Source: Paraspadella gotoi
Taxonomy: Eukaryota; Animalia; Chaetognatha
DNA: 64,000 nucleotides
Reading direction: 5' to 3'
NCBI GenBank assembly: GCA_051294375.1
Contig: CM119271.1
Span: forward strand, 7,069,632 to 7,133,631
Below, in pieces: positions 21,201-35,595 of the stretch (the stretch's first letter is position 1; every line of letters starts with the position of its first letter). A model generated the notes under the pieces. That model was not told the DNA's origin. It saw only the letters and a list, made by a program, of their open reading frames with translations, and searched no databases. The position numbers and the translations under genes were made by a program.

Positions 21201-24200
21201 TGATGCAAGTACATCATATAATTCTTCATAAGAGTTAAAAACAGATTAAAGTATTTCCAAATTAGGTGTTATCAGTTAATTTTTAATAGGAACACGTGAG
21301 CTTCAAAATTGAAAATAAATTAGTCATTCTCACCAGTGTCGTGATTGCTCTCCGTCTGTGCATTCAGATCGACAGGAGGATACATGGGAGAGAGAACGTC
21401 GGGCTGGGCGGGAATTGCAACCTGCTGTTGTTGCTGAAGTTGCGTTGAGACACACGACTGAGCAGCAACCGTCCCCATCTAAAAAAAAATCACCAAAAAT
21501 AAGAAATAAATTTGCTTATCTAAAATTAATTTAATAAAACAATTACCTGGGGCAAATTCGTATTGACGCTCGGTCCAACGGCGATGGGATGTTGGGCTTG
21601 CTGCTGTTGCAAAAGCAGCTGCTTCTGAAGCAAGTCCAATTGCGTCAGTATAGGAGGGATTTGGAGCGCTTGCTGTTGTTGTTGTTGCCCGGCTGATATA
21701 AATTAACGCAGTGATCATTTAAATTACGATTTTAATTCCCTTCATCACTAATTCACTTTACCTTGTCCCATAACAGCAACACCCTGCTGATGTTGCTGTT
21801 GCTGAATTTGCTGCATCTGTTGCACCGAAGCAAGATGCATCGCCGTGGCCGTGCTTGAAGTAACTGTATTCCCAACCATGCTGCTGTCCTGTTGAACTTG
21901 CACCCCATGAGGCTGCTGCGAGGCAAACTGAGGGGGAAGCAATCCCACTTGCGCAATCGCTACGCCTTGTGCGGCAAATTGTTGTAACATTTGCTGCTGC
22001 TGTTGAACGGGATCCGAGGATGCAGCTGCGGCCGCGGCAGCGGCTTGTAGCAGCTGAGTGCATCCTTCGGGCGTCAGCTGAGGAAAAAAAAGTTGCAACA
22101 ACGGTTAAACTAAGTAAACATATTTCAGTTTTATTAAAAATTTATCACACGTAGAAGGTTACCTGTCCAGCTGATCCGGACGTTAAATGCCCGGCTGCCA
22201 AGGCGGGATTGTTGGGATCCAGCGTCGTAGGCGCCAGACTGAACAATTGACCGTTGGAAGCCGGGACCACCAACGTGCCAGGGGCCAAAGTAGTGGCGAA
22301 TGAAATCCCATGGCCGCAGTTAGACTGCGAAAAGGTGAGACTAGATGATGGTGCGGGCGTCGGCAAGTGCCCGCCGTTGGGAGAGGTCAGCTGCGCCTGA
22401 TGAGTCGGCGGAATTGGCTGCTGCATGCTCGACATTATGGTGGCGACGTTGGCATCTGGGGCTAAAACGACCCCGGAGGACGTGATGGGTTCCAGAGTTC
22501 CGACGAACTGATTGGACGAGGCGGATACTGCCTCTGCCGTCGCCCCGGCGGAGATGGCAACGTTGATCTGGTCTGCTGTCAACGAGTAAGGAACCGTGTC
22601 GATTAGCCCATGTTGAAAATGGGCACCGGAGTAGGTTGAGGCAACGAGATTTCCCATGGCGAGGTCGCCGCCCGGATTGACGATTGGCGCGGATGCGGCT
22701 CCGGCGGTGGCCAAGAGCGTAAGGGGATGCTGGCAGCTGCTGCAGGCCACGTCGTGCAGAGGCTGATTGGGCGGCGCCAATGACGGATGCGCTGAAGATG
22801 TCGCCGATGGAGAAACGGAGGCCGCGGGAAAAGGGACGGCGCGTACTTCCGCCGAAGACGAGGAGACGATGCTTTTTCCGGCGGTCGGCTCTTCGTTGGG
22901 AAAGGAGATTGTCTCCGAGGCTTCGGTGTTGGAGTCCTCGCAGATTGCGTTAGTATCGCTGACGGCGATTGAGGCCATTTCGTGGGAAGCCTCCGTCGGC
23001 GACGGCATCGCCGCCTCGGAAATCTTTGAAAAGGCATCTTCATCGTCGCTCTCGTCGTCGGCCTCGTCGGAATCGTCCAGTTCGTCGTCTTCGGTGTCGA
23101 GGCCACCCTCCTCGTCGTCTGGGGATTCCTCCTGATGAGGAAGAGAGAAAAGATTTGAACCGAAACGGAAATTTTTTTCAACGCATCGTTAAATTCTTTT
23201 AGATCAACGAGATCAAAGGACAACTTCAAGACGCTTGTGCCTGACCTCCGTGCTTTCGTCGTCGTCGTCCTCTTCATCGCCAACATCGTCATCCTCGTCT
23301 TCGTAAATATCGAAGTCGTCCTCACTGGGCGCCAAATTGGACCCCTCTCTTTTGTCTAGACGACCAGTCAATCGCGCCGTGGCTGAAGGATCGAGAGGAG
23401 AGGCGATGGCACCTGCAAATAAGAGGGAAGAAAGTTTAAATTATATAGTTCGGAGATTAAATGATATAGTACGGAGATTAAATTATTGAGTATTTATGGA
23501 TCGATTGACAAATAAAATCAAAAGGTTTCGATGAATGAACGCTCACCGGTGATTAATTCTTCCTGAAACTCGGAAGGATCAGGACAGTCGTCAAAATCCT
23601 CGGAAGACGGGGATGGGGCGGGTTGCGGAGGAAGTTGGAGAGGCAGTGCCGGCGACGAACCCGACGTCGGCGGCGGCGGAAAATCCGGGACGCCAATTCT
23701 ACCTCCGCCGACTCCACCACAAACCCCTCCGCTACCGCCGTCCAAATCCCGGTCCAAAATCACCGACGTCTGCGGGTGCTGATGAAGGCGATACTGAGGA
23801 TAATCGAGCGGGATAGGTGCCGCAGACTGTTGCGGGGACAAATGATTCTGAAGACGATGGAAGGAAAAACAAAGAACAACACAAGAGTTAACTTTTCTTT
23901 CCGATGTCGACCGAACGCTAGAATGGTTCTCTTATTTATTTTTTTTTCAGTTCGGTGGTAGAAATTAATATCATACTATTTTTCAACAGTAGCGAATAAG
24001 CTATCATCATTATTATCAGAAATATAACAGAAAAATAAATATAAAAAAAAAGGATTTACCTGAAATTGCAGGGGCTGCAAATGTTGAGCTGCGACAACGG
24101 CTACAGCTGCTGCGGATGAAGGGTCGACATCTAATGTTTGTTGTTGGTACTGAAGTTGATACACTTGAGGGTTTCCTGAGCGATTTTACATAATTTACGT

Positions 24201-27200
24201 AAAACGAATTTGAACTTAAACTAAACCCGAAAAGAAAGAAAAAAAAACCTGCGGCTGTTGATTGAGAAACGTAGCTGTTACTGGCAGAAGCGTTGGATAC
24301 AGTCGGTTGTCCGGATGTTGAGGACATCTGTATTTTGGTAAACATAAAAATTGTGTTTGGGCTACGATGATAAAAATTTGACAAAAAAATAAAGGTTTCA
24401 AACCATTTATCAAAAATACGCACTAATAATAATGAAAGTTTCCGCACCTGCTGCAACGAGTGCATTTGTTGCAATTGAATTTGAAGTTGTTGATGTTGCT
24501 CCGACGACAGCTGCAGTTGCGGCAAGACAATCGGTTGATGTTGCTGATGCGGTTGCAGCGATTGGCCTGACGTCTCCAGCACGAGCTCCGAACTCGGGGC
24601 GTCGCCAGGGAGCAAGAATCTTCGCTCGACGCCAGAGTCGGTGACGCCCGTGATTCCAGTGGAGGACGAGACTAACTCCTTGTCCGAAGATTGAGCCGAA
24701 GATTGGGAGGAGAGTTGCGCGGAAGACGGGGACAGCGGATGTTGACGCAACTCCCCGCAAGCCTCCTAGAGCAAAACGTATTTGTTAAATAATTAAATTA
24801 AACCTAATTTACCAATTAATGAGCCTAGAGATTGTTGCCTAAAGTTACCTTGAGAGCGAGCTGGAGGGATTGTAAGGATGGAGAGTTCACTTTTGACGGA
24901 TGCTGACCGGATGTAGGCGTTCCCCCACCATGCGGGAGTTGACCCGGAGATCCATGCTGTAACATCTTAGTTATGAGTTATGACGTAAAGGCAGAAAAGG
25001 CAGAAACGAAAAAAACGAAAGAAAGTGAAAACGAAAATTATGACGTAAATAATGAATACTAAACGGTGTTATCCGAAGTCCATAATTCATTTGAAAAAAA
25101 ATTAAAAAATTAAATAGAAATTATAATATCACCTGATGCTGCGCTTTTTCCTGCAGCTCCTGCTCGACTTTTTGCAATTCCTCGAGAATCTGCTTCTTCC
25201 TTTGGATTTGCTCGTCCTTGCTGACGGTAGTTTTCTTTCCACCTTCCTTGCTGTTACTCCCCCGGCGTTTGCCGGCCTGGTCACGCGGGATTCCGATGGC
25301 GCCGCTCGCCACGGCCGCCGCCGCCATGTGCTCGAGAATGCTCTCGCTCTCACCAAGCGAGACGCCGGCGGCTCGCGCCCCGCTACGTAAGGCTTCCTTA
25401 GCCAGCTTGGCCACCTCCACCAAGCTTGGACCGTCAGTCAACGATCCGTCGCCCATCATAACTCCCTAAATGAGGTGATGAGGAAGCAATCAGAAAGACG
25501 GGGGAAAGAGGTGATGCGTAATAATTTAATTTTATAATTTAACGTCAACAGAGGTCAAATGGATTTAGAGCCATTACCTTCAGTACCTTTAGTGGAATTC
25601 AAGTAGTGGAAAATAAAAGATTCTAAAAAATTTACACCATGAAAAGTTCAATTGCAATCGATTGTCACCTTTGAATGCCAGTCGCTGGTAAATTTGGAAA
25701 AGTCCATTTCCAAGGCGTTGACGTAGGCGTTGGCAAAGGCGGAACCAGTGGCGCTGGAGGAGTTTCCGGCCATTCCTTGCGTCGAACCGTGTTGACCTAG
25801 AAAATTACCTCCGGTTTAACTTCTTAAGAATAAAAAAAATATCATAAAATGGAAGCCGTTTCGACTTACCTTGAGCCGCATTGTTTTGTGAAGGCAAAGG
25901 GATGGCGCTTGCAGCGTTTTGCGTCACGTTGTTGGCACCGGACTTGGAATCCCTTCTTTCCCCCTTTCCCTCGCGCTTCTTTGAGAAGGAAGTTTTCGCG
26001 TTCGACGAATGCTTAAGGGGGTGTAATTGAAAAAGGTAAATGACGAACCGGAATAAGGTCTTAATGAGCAAAAAAAAAAAAAACGAAAAAAAAAAACCGA
26101 AAAAAAAACGGGCTTACCACGTGATGATTATTTCCGTTGCCACTGTCGACGTTCTGATTCCACTGTTGATGGTGATGGTGGCCCTTGCAGCTCGTTCCCG
26201 TGCAAGAACCGGGGGCGGAAGCGGTTGAGCCACCTCCTCCACCGCCACCGCCGCCGACGTTGGCGCTGCATCCGTTGTGAGGATGATGATGGTGATGGTG
26301 GTGTGGGTGGTGATGGTGATGCCCGGACCCCGTAGAACCACCCTCCGGAATTCCAGGGTGGTTACCCTTTGACGACGCGTTAGGAACCTTGGGAATTCCG
26401 ATGTTATCCTCCATCGGTCCTAATCAGATAAAGGGGCATTTGCGAAACAAGGAAGAAAAAGTCTGGCGTAGCTATAGATCAGCGTACCTTGACCACCATC
26501 AACGCCGATCCCTTGGCCAACGTTGGACACTCCGGCCGAAGCCGAGGCGTTTCCGACCGTGGCGCCGGAGCCAGCGACCGGAATGGGCGACATCGTCAAT
26601 TGGGGAAGATCCGACGCCGTGAAGACACTGGAGAGTGTTTTCAGTTTAAATAAGAATATAATAAAACCTTTTTTTTTTAAACTTAAAAGAACAAAATGAT
26701 TTTTTTTAAGAAATACCTAAATTTGATCTTTTGATAACTTTCGAAATATTTAAATTTGCTTTTAAAATTAACAAAATTAAAACAAAAATTAGAAATCTTG
26801 ACTCGATAAAAGTGAACACTAAACTTCACCTAGTAAGCTGAGCTTTAGTTTAAACGTGAGTTACGCTAAAGACAAAAAGCCAACAATAATTTTAATTAAA
26901 TCGTAAAACGGATGAACCTGTTGGGATAATCGAGCAGCAATTGAACGACGCCAGTGTGCCCTCCTTTGGCGGCCTCTATCAACATCGTGGAACCGTCTTT
27001 CAGGCGATGGGAAGGATCCGCTCCATGAGTAAGCAGCAATTCCACCACCTTAATGAAAACAATGAGAAAGGTAACACGAATCAGTCGCAACATTACCCAT
27101 CACTTTTCCCTTAGAAGTCAAGGGCACCTGCAAATGTCCACCGGCGCAGGCTAAGGAGAGGACCGAATGTTCGTTATTGGACGTCATGTGGTTGACGTTG

Positions 27201-30200
27201 GCTGCCTTATTGATCAGAAACTGAACGGTGCACAGGTGCCCCGCTCGGGCGGCCTTCATCAGCGGAGACCGCCCGCCTTCCGCCTCGTGTTCGAGGTCGG
27301 CCCCGGAAGCCAAAAGAACGTCGGCCACATCCGTGTGTCCGTTCTCGCAAGCGTACGATAAAGCGGTGTCTCCGGTCCCCGTTACCGCGTTCACATTCGC
27401 TCCCGCCTAATATAAATTACGTGTTAAGTGTTTTTCCGTTGTGAGGCACAGTTTTGACTTCATTTTTAGTCCCATCTGCTTATCGCAGATTCCGACTCTA
27501 TAATTCACGTTGTCGGTCCGTCGGTCCCACCCCAAAATCTTGTCGGCAAATCCTTTTTATCATATCATAACATCGAATTATGATAAATTATGCAAAAAAA
27601 TGATATCCATCCGTCCGTCTGTCCATCCCCCCTTAGCATTAAACTCGTGATTGGCTAGGAAAGTGGGTGATTGAGCTGGATATGAAGTTTAAATGGAATC
27701 GTGCGAGTGGAAATGAGTTTAAATGGAAAAAAACAAAAGCCATATTTACTTATATTTACTTACTATAATCTAGTTATGATTATTTATGTTTCTCTCTCTC
27801 TTTAGTTATTTATGAATTTTATTGTCATATTCATCGGACATCATTTATCATTGATTAATGATTGATTATCATCACGTCAATAATCGATTATTATCGTATC
27901 TACTATTATCACATCAATAAATCGTTATCATGGCATCAATAAATCATTAGGTAACAATGCTTTAATAATTGGGAATCAGCAATCAGGAAGTGATGATCGG
28001 GAAGTGATGATCGGGAAGTGATCATTCATTAATTTATTTTAAAAATAATTTTTCTGGCAAGATCACTATACACTGAGGCGCAAAAAAAGTAGATACTAGA
28101 TAGCTTTAAAAAAATTATCTTAAAATTAAAAAGTAATTTCATGACAAAAATAAAAAAATTAGTTATAATATAACTGTGACACTTTATATTAGTCTGCTTC
28201 AATACGAGATACCATAAGGAAAAAACTTTAAAAAAGCTTTAAAAGTAACCTTGGGTAAGTTATCACTTAACTGTTTTTTCCTTACTTTTTTCCATATATT
28301 TTCTTTACTTATTTTAATTTGATTTAGGTTAAAAATCGTTGACACCTATCCCTACAGACATTTGATGCTGAATTTGTTCAGCTAATATCACATTATAAAT
28401 ATTTAATAATAGGGGAAAATTACTTGTTTTACTATTTTCTATTTTTATATTTTATAAAGTTTTTACTATTTAATCTATATTATTTAATTATATATATATT
28501 GCTTTATTTGTTATAGAACAAAATATAATATAAAAGGACAGGGGTATAAAACGATAATTACCTTGATTAAATATTGAACAAGTTCGAGGTGACCCTCTTG
28601 AGATGCTTCCATCAAAGGAGTGGAACACCCAAGTTCGAGATCGGCTCCAGCTTTTACAAGGAAATCTGCCACCTGTTGTAACCAGGAAAGTAGTTTAAAG
28701 TAGTATTTTCAAGTAATTCTCAAAGACTTAAGACAAATAAATTGTCTCTATTAGTCTCGCCGACTTGCCTCCAAAAACCCTCCGCAACAGGCGAGCGTCA
28801 AGGCGGTCTCCTGAGTTTCCTCCGTCTGCGCGTTGATGTCTGCGCCCTGCGACAACAGCAGCGCCACCATTTCCTCGTGGCCCTCGCGTGAAGCCTCCAT
28901 GAGCGGCGTGTAGCCTTCGTCATTGACCTCCTCCAGGTTGGCACCTCGCTCGATTAAGAGCATAGCCAGCTCGACGTGGCCGCCGCACGCCGCCAGCGTC
29001 AGCGGTGACTCGAAGCTATCCGCCGGCATGTTCACCTCGGCCCCGTGATCGAGCAACAGCTTGGCCACCTCCACGTGCCCATCCATCGAAGCCTCCATCA
29101 GCGCTGTGTGCATTTCGTCTTTGAAGAGAAAAAGAAAGAACAATTATTTGAGTCGAATGTAAAACTAGAAGAAACAATCGAGTTTTAATTGTCGCAGCCT
29201 CACCAGTTTTATGCTCCTGATCGGCGCCAGCTTCCAGAAGGAACTTGACCATCTCCAGATGCCCCTTGTAGCAAGCTAGGGTAAGGGCTGATTCTTTGAA
29301 TTCGTTGGAATGGGTGTTGATCCCGGCGCCTCGTTCGAGCAGGATCTTGGCAACTCCCACGTGGCCCGCAGAGGCCGCCTCCATGAGAGGCGTATGCCCG
29401 TTCTCGTTGGTTTCTTCGATACTGGCGCCCGCGTCGAGAAGCGTCAACACCACGTCTTCGTAACCTCCGCAACAGGCATAATGGAGAGGGGTGTTACCTG
29501 TAAATAGCGACATGTTACATTTAAAATCCTAAAGTTTGGTTAAACACGGAAAACTTACCAGAGGATGATTGAGCGTTTAAATCTGCTCCGTGTTCCATGA
29601 GCAGTTTAACTATATCATTGTAGCCCCCGGACGCGGCTTCCATCAACGGCGTGCAATCGCCCTAAAAACAAAATGAGCCAATATAAAAGGTTTTTTAGGC
29701 ATATAGAAAAGGCATATAGGCTTTCTAAACTTAACTTTTAAATACTCGTCACATGTAAATGTTATGAAATTGGTACAACTATGTCAACTCCTGTCATAAT
29801 TTTGTTATAATAAATAAAAATTTCCAAAAAAATACTCTCTCACCTTGATGCCGCGGTCTTCGACGTTAGCTCTCATCGCGATCAGGATTTGAGCCAACTT
29901 GAAGTATCCGGCTGAACAAGCTAAGGAGAGCAAGCTCTCTCCTTCCTCAGATGTTTCGTGGACGGAGTGTCCCTGAAAACGATTACATCATTGAAATTCA
30001 AGAAGAAATTTACTTTAAATTTTGCTTCAAATAAAACCTTAAAATTTAATTTCGCGTATTAGTACCGACAAATATTATACCTAATTCTCAGGATGATGCA
30101 ACAACTATAAAATATTAGCTGTTTGCGGAGATTTTTACAAATTTTTAACATAAATATTCTATTGTTTATGATCAGAAGCTCTTACGATATAATTTTAATA

Positions 30201-33200
30201 ATTAAGTTGTTATCACGGAAAAAACGTTTAAGGCGGCTAAAAAATTGCCGTAATTACAAAGGTTTGGAATAGTCAAATTGTTCATTAATTACCTTAGGAA
30301 AAAAAATCCTATGAAGCACTTAGATAAAACTAATTATTAGGTATTAAACATTTGACGATATTTGACAACCTAAATAGCATTATTTATAATTAACTAAATA
30401 CTATTTAATTCACAGACTACAGAAGGGTTCATATAAAATGATATCGACCGTTTTCCTAACCAGACTAATAAAAATAACGAACGGAATTTTACGAAATATA
30501 ATGTCCTCAACATTAACCACTGTCCCTTTCTCGAAATCTTTGTTGGTAACCTTTTTCCCTCTGTCTTTTTCTCTCTTACACACACATTTCCTCTAATGTG
30601 AAAATTGTTAATGAATCACAAGTGCTGCTGAGAACTTGAATTTAAAGTCACAGTGAAAAGACTTTCGTTTCGTTGCGTTTTTAAATTGAGAGAGAAAAAG
30701 TTTATTTTTGTTTACAAACGAGTTTTATTTTTCGAACGGACAAATTTAAAGTCGAAACATGTACATTGTACACTGTTTTAAAATAAATCGTTGATTCCAA
30801 TTCAAACTTTTCTCAAACGAAATATAATAAAAATATTTATAAAGGATTAATTATCGAGGAGAATTTTGGTATTCAACCCCTACGCATTTAAAAAAAATTC
30901 GCAGGGTCCGTTACAATTGTGCCAATTTAATATTAGTCAGCTCATCGTATTTTGCTGCTGGTGCGATATGGTATTCCCTGTTCAAAAACTAAAGGAAGTG
31001 GTCCTTTAAACAATTGAAACATTTTGTAGAAACAATATACCACTTCATTGATAGGAAAACCAGGTATTCTGGGAGTTAATAAACTAGACTGAGAAAGTTT
31101 TCTTTTACGGGGACAAACTGTCTCGTAGAAGATATGGCCTGTCCGGGGTCAGGGGCGAGATGGCTCATTTACTGAATGTATGGATATTGGGCAAATTTGA
31201 AATCATGTAAGAAACATATTTTAGAAAGAAATTTGATTATTTCTAATTATACTCTGCTTGAAGATGCGCGAAGTCAGTCAATATTGAGATTTACTTCACC
31301 AATAAAAAATGGTTGAAAGTGGTGTAAAATCATGATTGGTTAGTTATAACTGATTTTGAGGAAGATTTTAAACGAAAAAAATCTAAAAAATTAAAATAAA
31401 ACTATTTTCGCTCTCGTGGATTCCCCAACTGGGGTAAACGGGTAAATGGGTTCAGGGACGAATTCTATAATTTCCCACGATAGTCAATATTTACCCCGAA
31501 TCTAAATTTCAACCAATTCGGAAATTAGTCCCTCACCAAAGTTGGTCACAAAAAATAAAAACATATTATGAAGCCTTCTGCAGTTATTATTAAAACAAAA
31601 ATGTTAAAACTTTTGGACCAGTTTGCTTACTGTCAGTTTAACCTAATAATATACGAAACGCTTCATTATTTCATATGAACCTTAAAATTAATAAAATCGT
31701 TTTTTGAAGCTATCGAGATAAGATAACTTATAAGTCATTATTTTACTTTCGCGGGTTTTGGCGGTCAGCGAAAGTAAAATTAACCTTTATCTAGAGATTT
31801 GCTGTAATAAAATTTCGTTAAAACGCGTAGTTATTTTGAAATTAAAGCTTGGGAAGGAATACGTAAATACTCACCTCCTCCAAGAGCCGGCGGACAGTGA
31901 GGACGTCGCCGTCGGAACATGCTTCCGCGAGGGTGGTGACGATCGATCCGGAGACACCGCCGTCGCCACGCCCTCGGGCCGTCTCACTTCCAGAGTTGGA
32001 GGACGACGACGACGACGCCGACGATGAAACGGAGGAGTCGCTGCCGTTTCCGGCGCCTTTAAGTTGAAGAAAATTTAATTATCAAGTTGTATTAAAAATT
32101 ATCAAAATCTGTTACTGTTAGCGTTAGAAATCAAACATGATAAAATACATTTAAAAGTATGAAAATCCATCCGATCCGGCGATTAGGACAGCGACCAGAG
32201 GGAATTTATATAGAAATTAAGTAGCCCCTCCGCCCTAAACTGTGTCGGTTCTCCATTATGATTATGTATTTTGAGTCGATTTTATGACAATTGACTTTAC
32301 CGAGTCTTTCGGTTATCGTATTGAAAACTAAACATTATGCATTATGCAACACATCTCGCTAACCAGATGAAGTGATGGCGCCCACGGTGCTGCCTACTGC
32401 AGGAGACGGTCTAGCCGCGTCTTCGGTTGGGGTAGCCGTGGCAGCTGAAGTCCGGGACGACTGGGCTGAGAAAGACTGAGACGTCGCCAGATCCGATGCC
32501 GGAAGAGGCGTGGGGTTCGATGAGCTCCCTGAACACGAGAAACCGAGGACCTTCGATGTTACGTTTACAATGACGTCTATACCTTCTCTCCTTCAGGATC
32601 GTCTGCCTCCGTTCATCTGCCATTCACGAACACATATTTTCGGACTTTTGGAGTCTTTGGATCTAACATTCTTACTTTTAGGTTTAAATTTATAGTATGT
32701 GTCTTACTTATGATTTGTGCCTCAATTTTTTTTACAGTTTTATTACCTGTTACCCTTCGGTTATTGTTTTTACATTTACTTGATTACATTTTACGATCAT
32801 TAGAGGCTATGATATTCCGTGCTGATATTTCTAGGTGACCCTGTCTTATCATTCAGTTGTTCATGACATACTAATGCCGACCAAAGCTCGTCCTAAGCTT
32901 ATACTCAGAGACCGCCAAAGTTACAGTGGTGCATCGGCCGGGATCATGGCAAAGAAAAACAAACCTTTACCTGCACGCATGCGTGTAAGTGCAGCCGCGG
33001 CCTCGTCCAGGGCGCTACTGACAGAAGACGTCAAACAACGAAGTATTTCTGGGTCGGCTAGAGTCTGTAATTTTTAAAATTGTAAAATAAATAAAATTAA
33101 ATTTAATCTATAGAAATTCTCTAAAACATTGCATATCTTTTTGATTAATTTGATCATGGTAGAAAACAGAATCTTAAAACCGCTCGAAAAAAAAAGTAGC

Positions 33201-34099
33201 GTGAAACTGGATATAATAAAATTAAATCTAAATACCGCGATCGAGGCTTTAATTAAAATATTTCAGTTTTCACCAAGGAATGATTCCCCTAAAGGCTTTA
33301 TAGATTTAGAACTTGATCGCGAAAAATAATAATAAAAAAAATTCCAGTGTTTACTACTCTTTTATCCACCTTTCCGTCAGTGGCGGAAATCTTTCCGATT
33401 CCGGCGGCCTCGAGCAGCGCCTCGAGCCTCGCCTGCGTTTCGACGTCGATTGATCTCAGCTGGGCGCCGTCGACGAGTCCCTCGGCGACGGTGGAGAGAA
33501 GGAAGTTGCTGGCGTTTCCTGGCGGCGGGGAACTTCCTCCTCCGGCAGCGGCGGCTGAAGCGGCGGCGGCGGCGCAGAAGGCGGCGTTCACCTCGTCTAA
33601 ATCCTCATTATCGAGGATGAAGGACTCGACGTCGGAGGCGTCTTCGCTTTCGTCGGAAAGGGAGAGGGCGTCAGGCATATATTGGGGGAGGCCGAGGACC
33701 GAAGAGGGAGGGATCGGACTCGCGGACGTAGAAGGGCAGGGCGCGCGGGTTCTAGTGAATCGAAAACGAAGGATCGAAGAGCAAATTAGAAAAAGAAATT
33801 AAAAAATAAAAGAAAAGGAAAGAAACGTTCTCACTAACGTTCCACTTACCCGGAAGGTGAAGTCGATCGGACAGAAGGGATAGTTACGGGTTCCTAGAAG
33901 TTAAAGGGAATAAACTTATTTTCCACGAAGGTAGAATAGAAGTTGATACTGTAAAAGTAAAACACATTACCGTGTCAGCTTCTTTCGATGGACTGGTTAC
34001 AGATGCGCTGATAACACGACGCGTTTTAATGTTTTTCTTGATTAAGCGTTGTTTCGGACTTTTTCTTGTAGCATTTCCAAATTCTGCTTCATTCTGCAT
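15238..34099 (-). CDS. mask: MASK / ankyrin repeat and KH domain-containing protein (ANKHD1/ANKRD17 orthologue), about 30 coding exons
   Basis: Conserved VESFILDNEDLD, ETQARLEALLEAAGIGK, LDEAAAALTRM. First ankyrin cluster LAEACSDGDV..GESLLSLACSAGY..HSNEFKESALTLACYKGH..MPADSFESPLTLAACGGH. Second cluster HRDKKGFTPLILAATAGH..SRTGSKLGISPLMLAAMNGH..PPVPSSRDTALTIAADKG. KH domain WKEVVRRSKKLAVPSNVVSRVIGRGGCNINAIREVSGAHIEVEKQ. Terminal coding exon is 20678-15238. The start ATG at 34099 is joined by phase-consistent exons. Confidence 0.95.
27463..27650 (+). mobile_element. Helentron/DINE-1-like non-autonomous repeat fragment in a MASK intron
   Basis: TTTTTAGTC start, short hairpin ATCTGC-TTATC-GCAGAT, CGACTCTATA, then GTCGGTCCGTCGGTCC and CCATCCGTCCGTCTGTCC (GTCY-type microsatellite typical of this class). 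Confidence 0.4.
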
Positions 34100-34850
34100 T
34101 ATTTTTCTTCTTAGCCAGGCTGAATAGGGAGAAAGGGAATGAATTAAACATTCGTATTAAACCCATGATCTGGTTTCATGGCTCACCTTATATACAAAAT
34201 GATGGACTTGAGTAGCACTTGACACGATCAAAGCAGGTTACAGTTATAACAATGGCAGAAGATACGATCATTTCACAGATATCCGTTGTACATCTGGCAA
34301 GAAAATCATAAAAAAAATGCAAATAGAACCTTTAAAAAACCTTTAAACAACGAATGCACGACCATCAACCCGTAAAAAAAGATGACGCACGCTTATGGGT
34401 ACCCTTGTACTCAATGCCACTATGGTGGCCACAATGTGGCCGCGCCGAATCTTTCTCCCGACAAAAAAACATGCGCAGTAAGACGGGCGAGGCTGGTCAG
34501 CGTCGACAGGGGGCGCTGGCGACACAAACTATTCCCCTGAGGACGCGAGACGTCGGAAACCGTCGCCGACACGACTATTTCTCTAAATATCTCGACGGAA
34601 GGACGTAGCGTGATCTCAGTAATGGCGGACTCGTTGAGAGAAAAAACGAGGAAGAGAAAATGAAATCCTCCATATTTAAAGGGACTCGACTCGGGAGCCT
34701 CGATCCGCCAATCAGATCTCTCCATTCTTTCCTCATCCGGGACTTTTGGCTCCGAGACTCGGAAAGACTAAGGGGAGGAGGAAGAGCGAAGAGAGAGGAA
34801 GAGCCGAGCTGGCGGCCAGACGGTGGAGGGCGCAAAGGATATGGCGAAAA

Positions 34851-34889
34851 GAGAGAGAGAGAGAGAGAGCGCGAGCGAGCGAGCGAGCG
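34851..34889. promoter_or_regulatory. (GA)n/(GCGA)n tract at the CpG-rich putative MASK promoter
   Basis: Lies in a CpG-rich non-coding segment (34400-34980) 5' of the MASK ATG, in the region divergent with ABHD2. Confidence 0.35.
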
Positions 34890-35539
34890 AAACACGGAGA
34901 ATTGAGACGGCCGATGATGACGGGGGCCATTCGATGGCGCGACGGCAACGTCTTTTGTCGTAATTTTAAATTCCGACGGAAAGTTGTGAGACTTCGTGAA
35001 TCAACGAAACTGGTTCAGTTGAAAGTTTCGTCGCTATTAACAACGTAACAACTAACCTCAAAACTTAAAAAAAATTGAGACAAAGAACACACTGTGTTGT
35101 TTTGTGTTTACGCGACAACATTGCAATGGAAAGTGGTAACGTATTGGTTACTAAAGTGCAAGATGGTAATAGCGACAGTTTTTCCCTGATATGCATCATT
35201 TAAGATTACGGTTTTAAATATAACATTTACTAAAATTGAAAACTTCTGTAATGAGTAATGATCAATGAGTTCTTGTACAAATTGGATTTTTAAGAAAAGT
35301 AATACAATACAAACGTAAGAAATAAACTAAAACAAGTCAATTTAGTAAACAAATGCGACTTCAGAAGTTCGGTAATATTTGTCGCCATCCGACTGTTAAA
35401 TAATCCATGGCTTTCAAGCTTAAAATTTTTATGCGTTTTAAACTTATGATAATCCAAGATGGAAATATATAAAACCGCTGGTTTTAGGCAAAGCGGGACC
35501 AATAATTACCGAATAAATGTTTTTTTTTAAAAATGGAAA

Positions 35540-35595
35540 AAACAAGATGTCAATAACTGTAGTCGGGCATTGCCCGACTACATAACTTTGACAAA
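35540..35595. mobile_element. Helentron/DINE-1-like terminal hairpin
   Basis: AAACAAGATGTCAATAAC-TGTAGTCGGGCA-T-TGCCCGACTACA is a perfect 12-bp stem next to AAACAAG, resembling the DINE-1/HINE terminus (AACAAG..TAGTCGGG..CCCGACTA). Confidence 0.55.

Noticed and set aside
28071-28100. TA|CACTGAGGCGCAAAAAAAGT Tc1-like terminus
   Set aside because: No partner TIR was found, so an element cannot be delimited.
30000-31860. Possible transposon relics in the largest MASK intron
   Set aside because: No recognisable ORF, TIR pair or second copy in the window.
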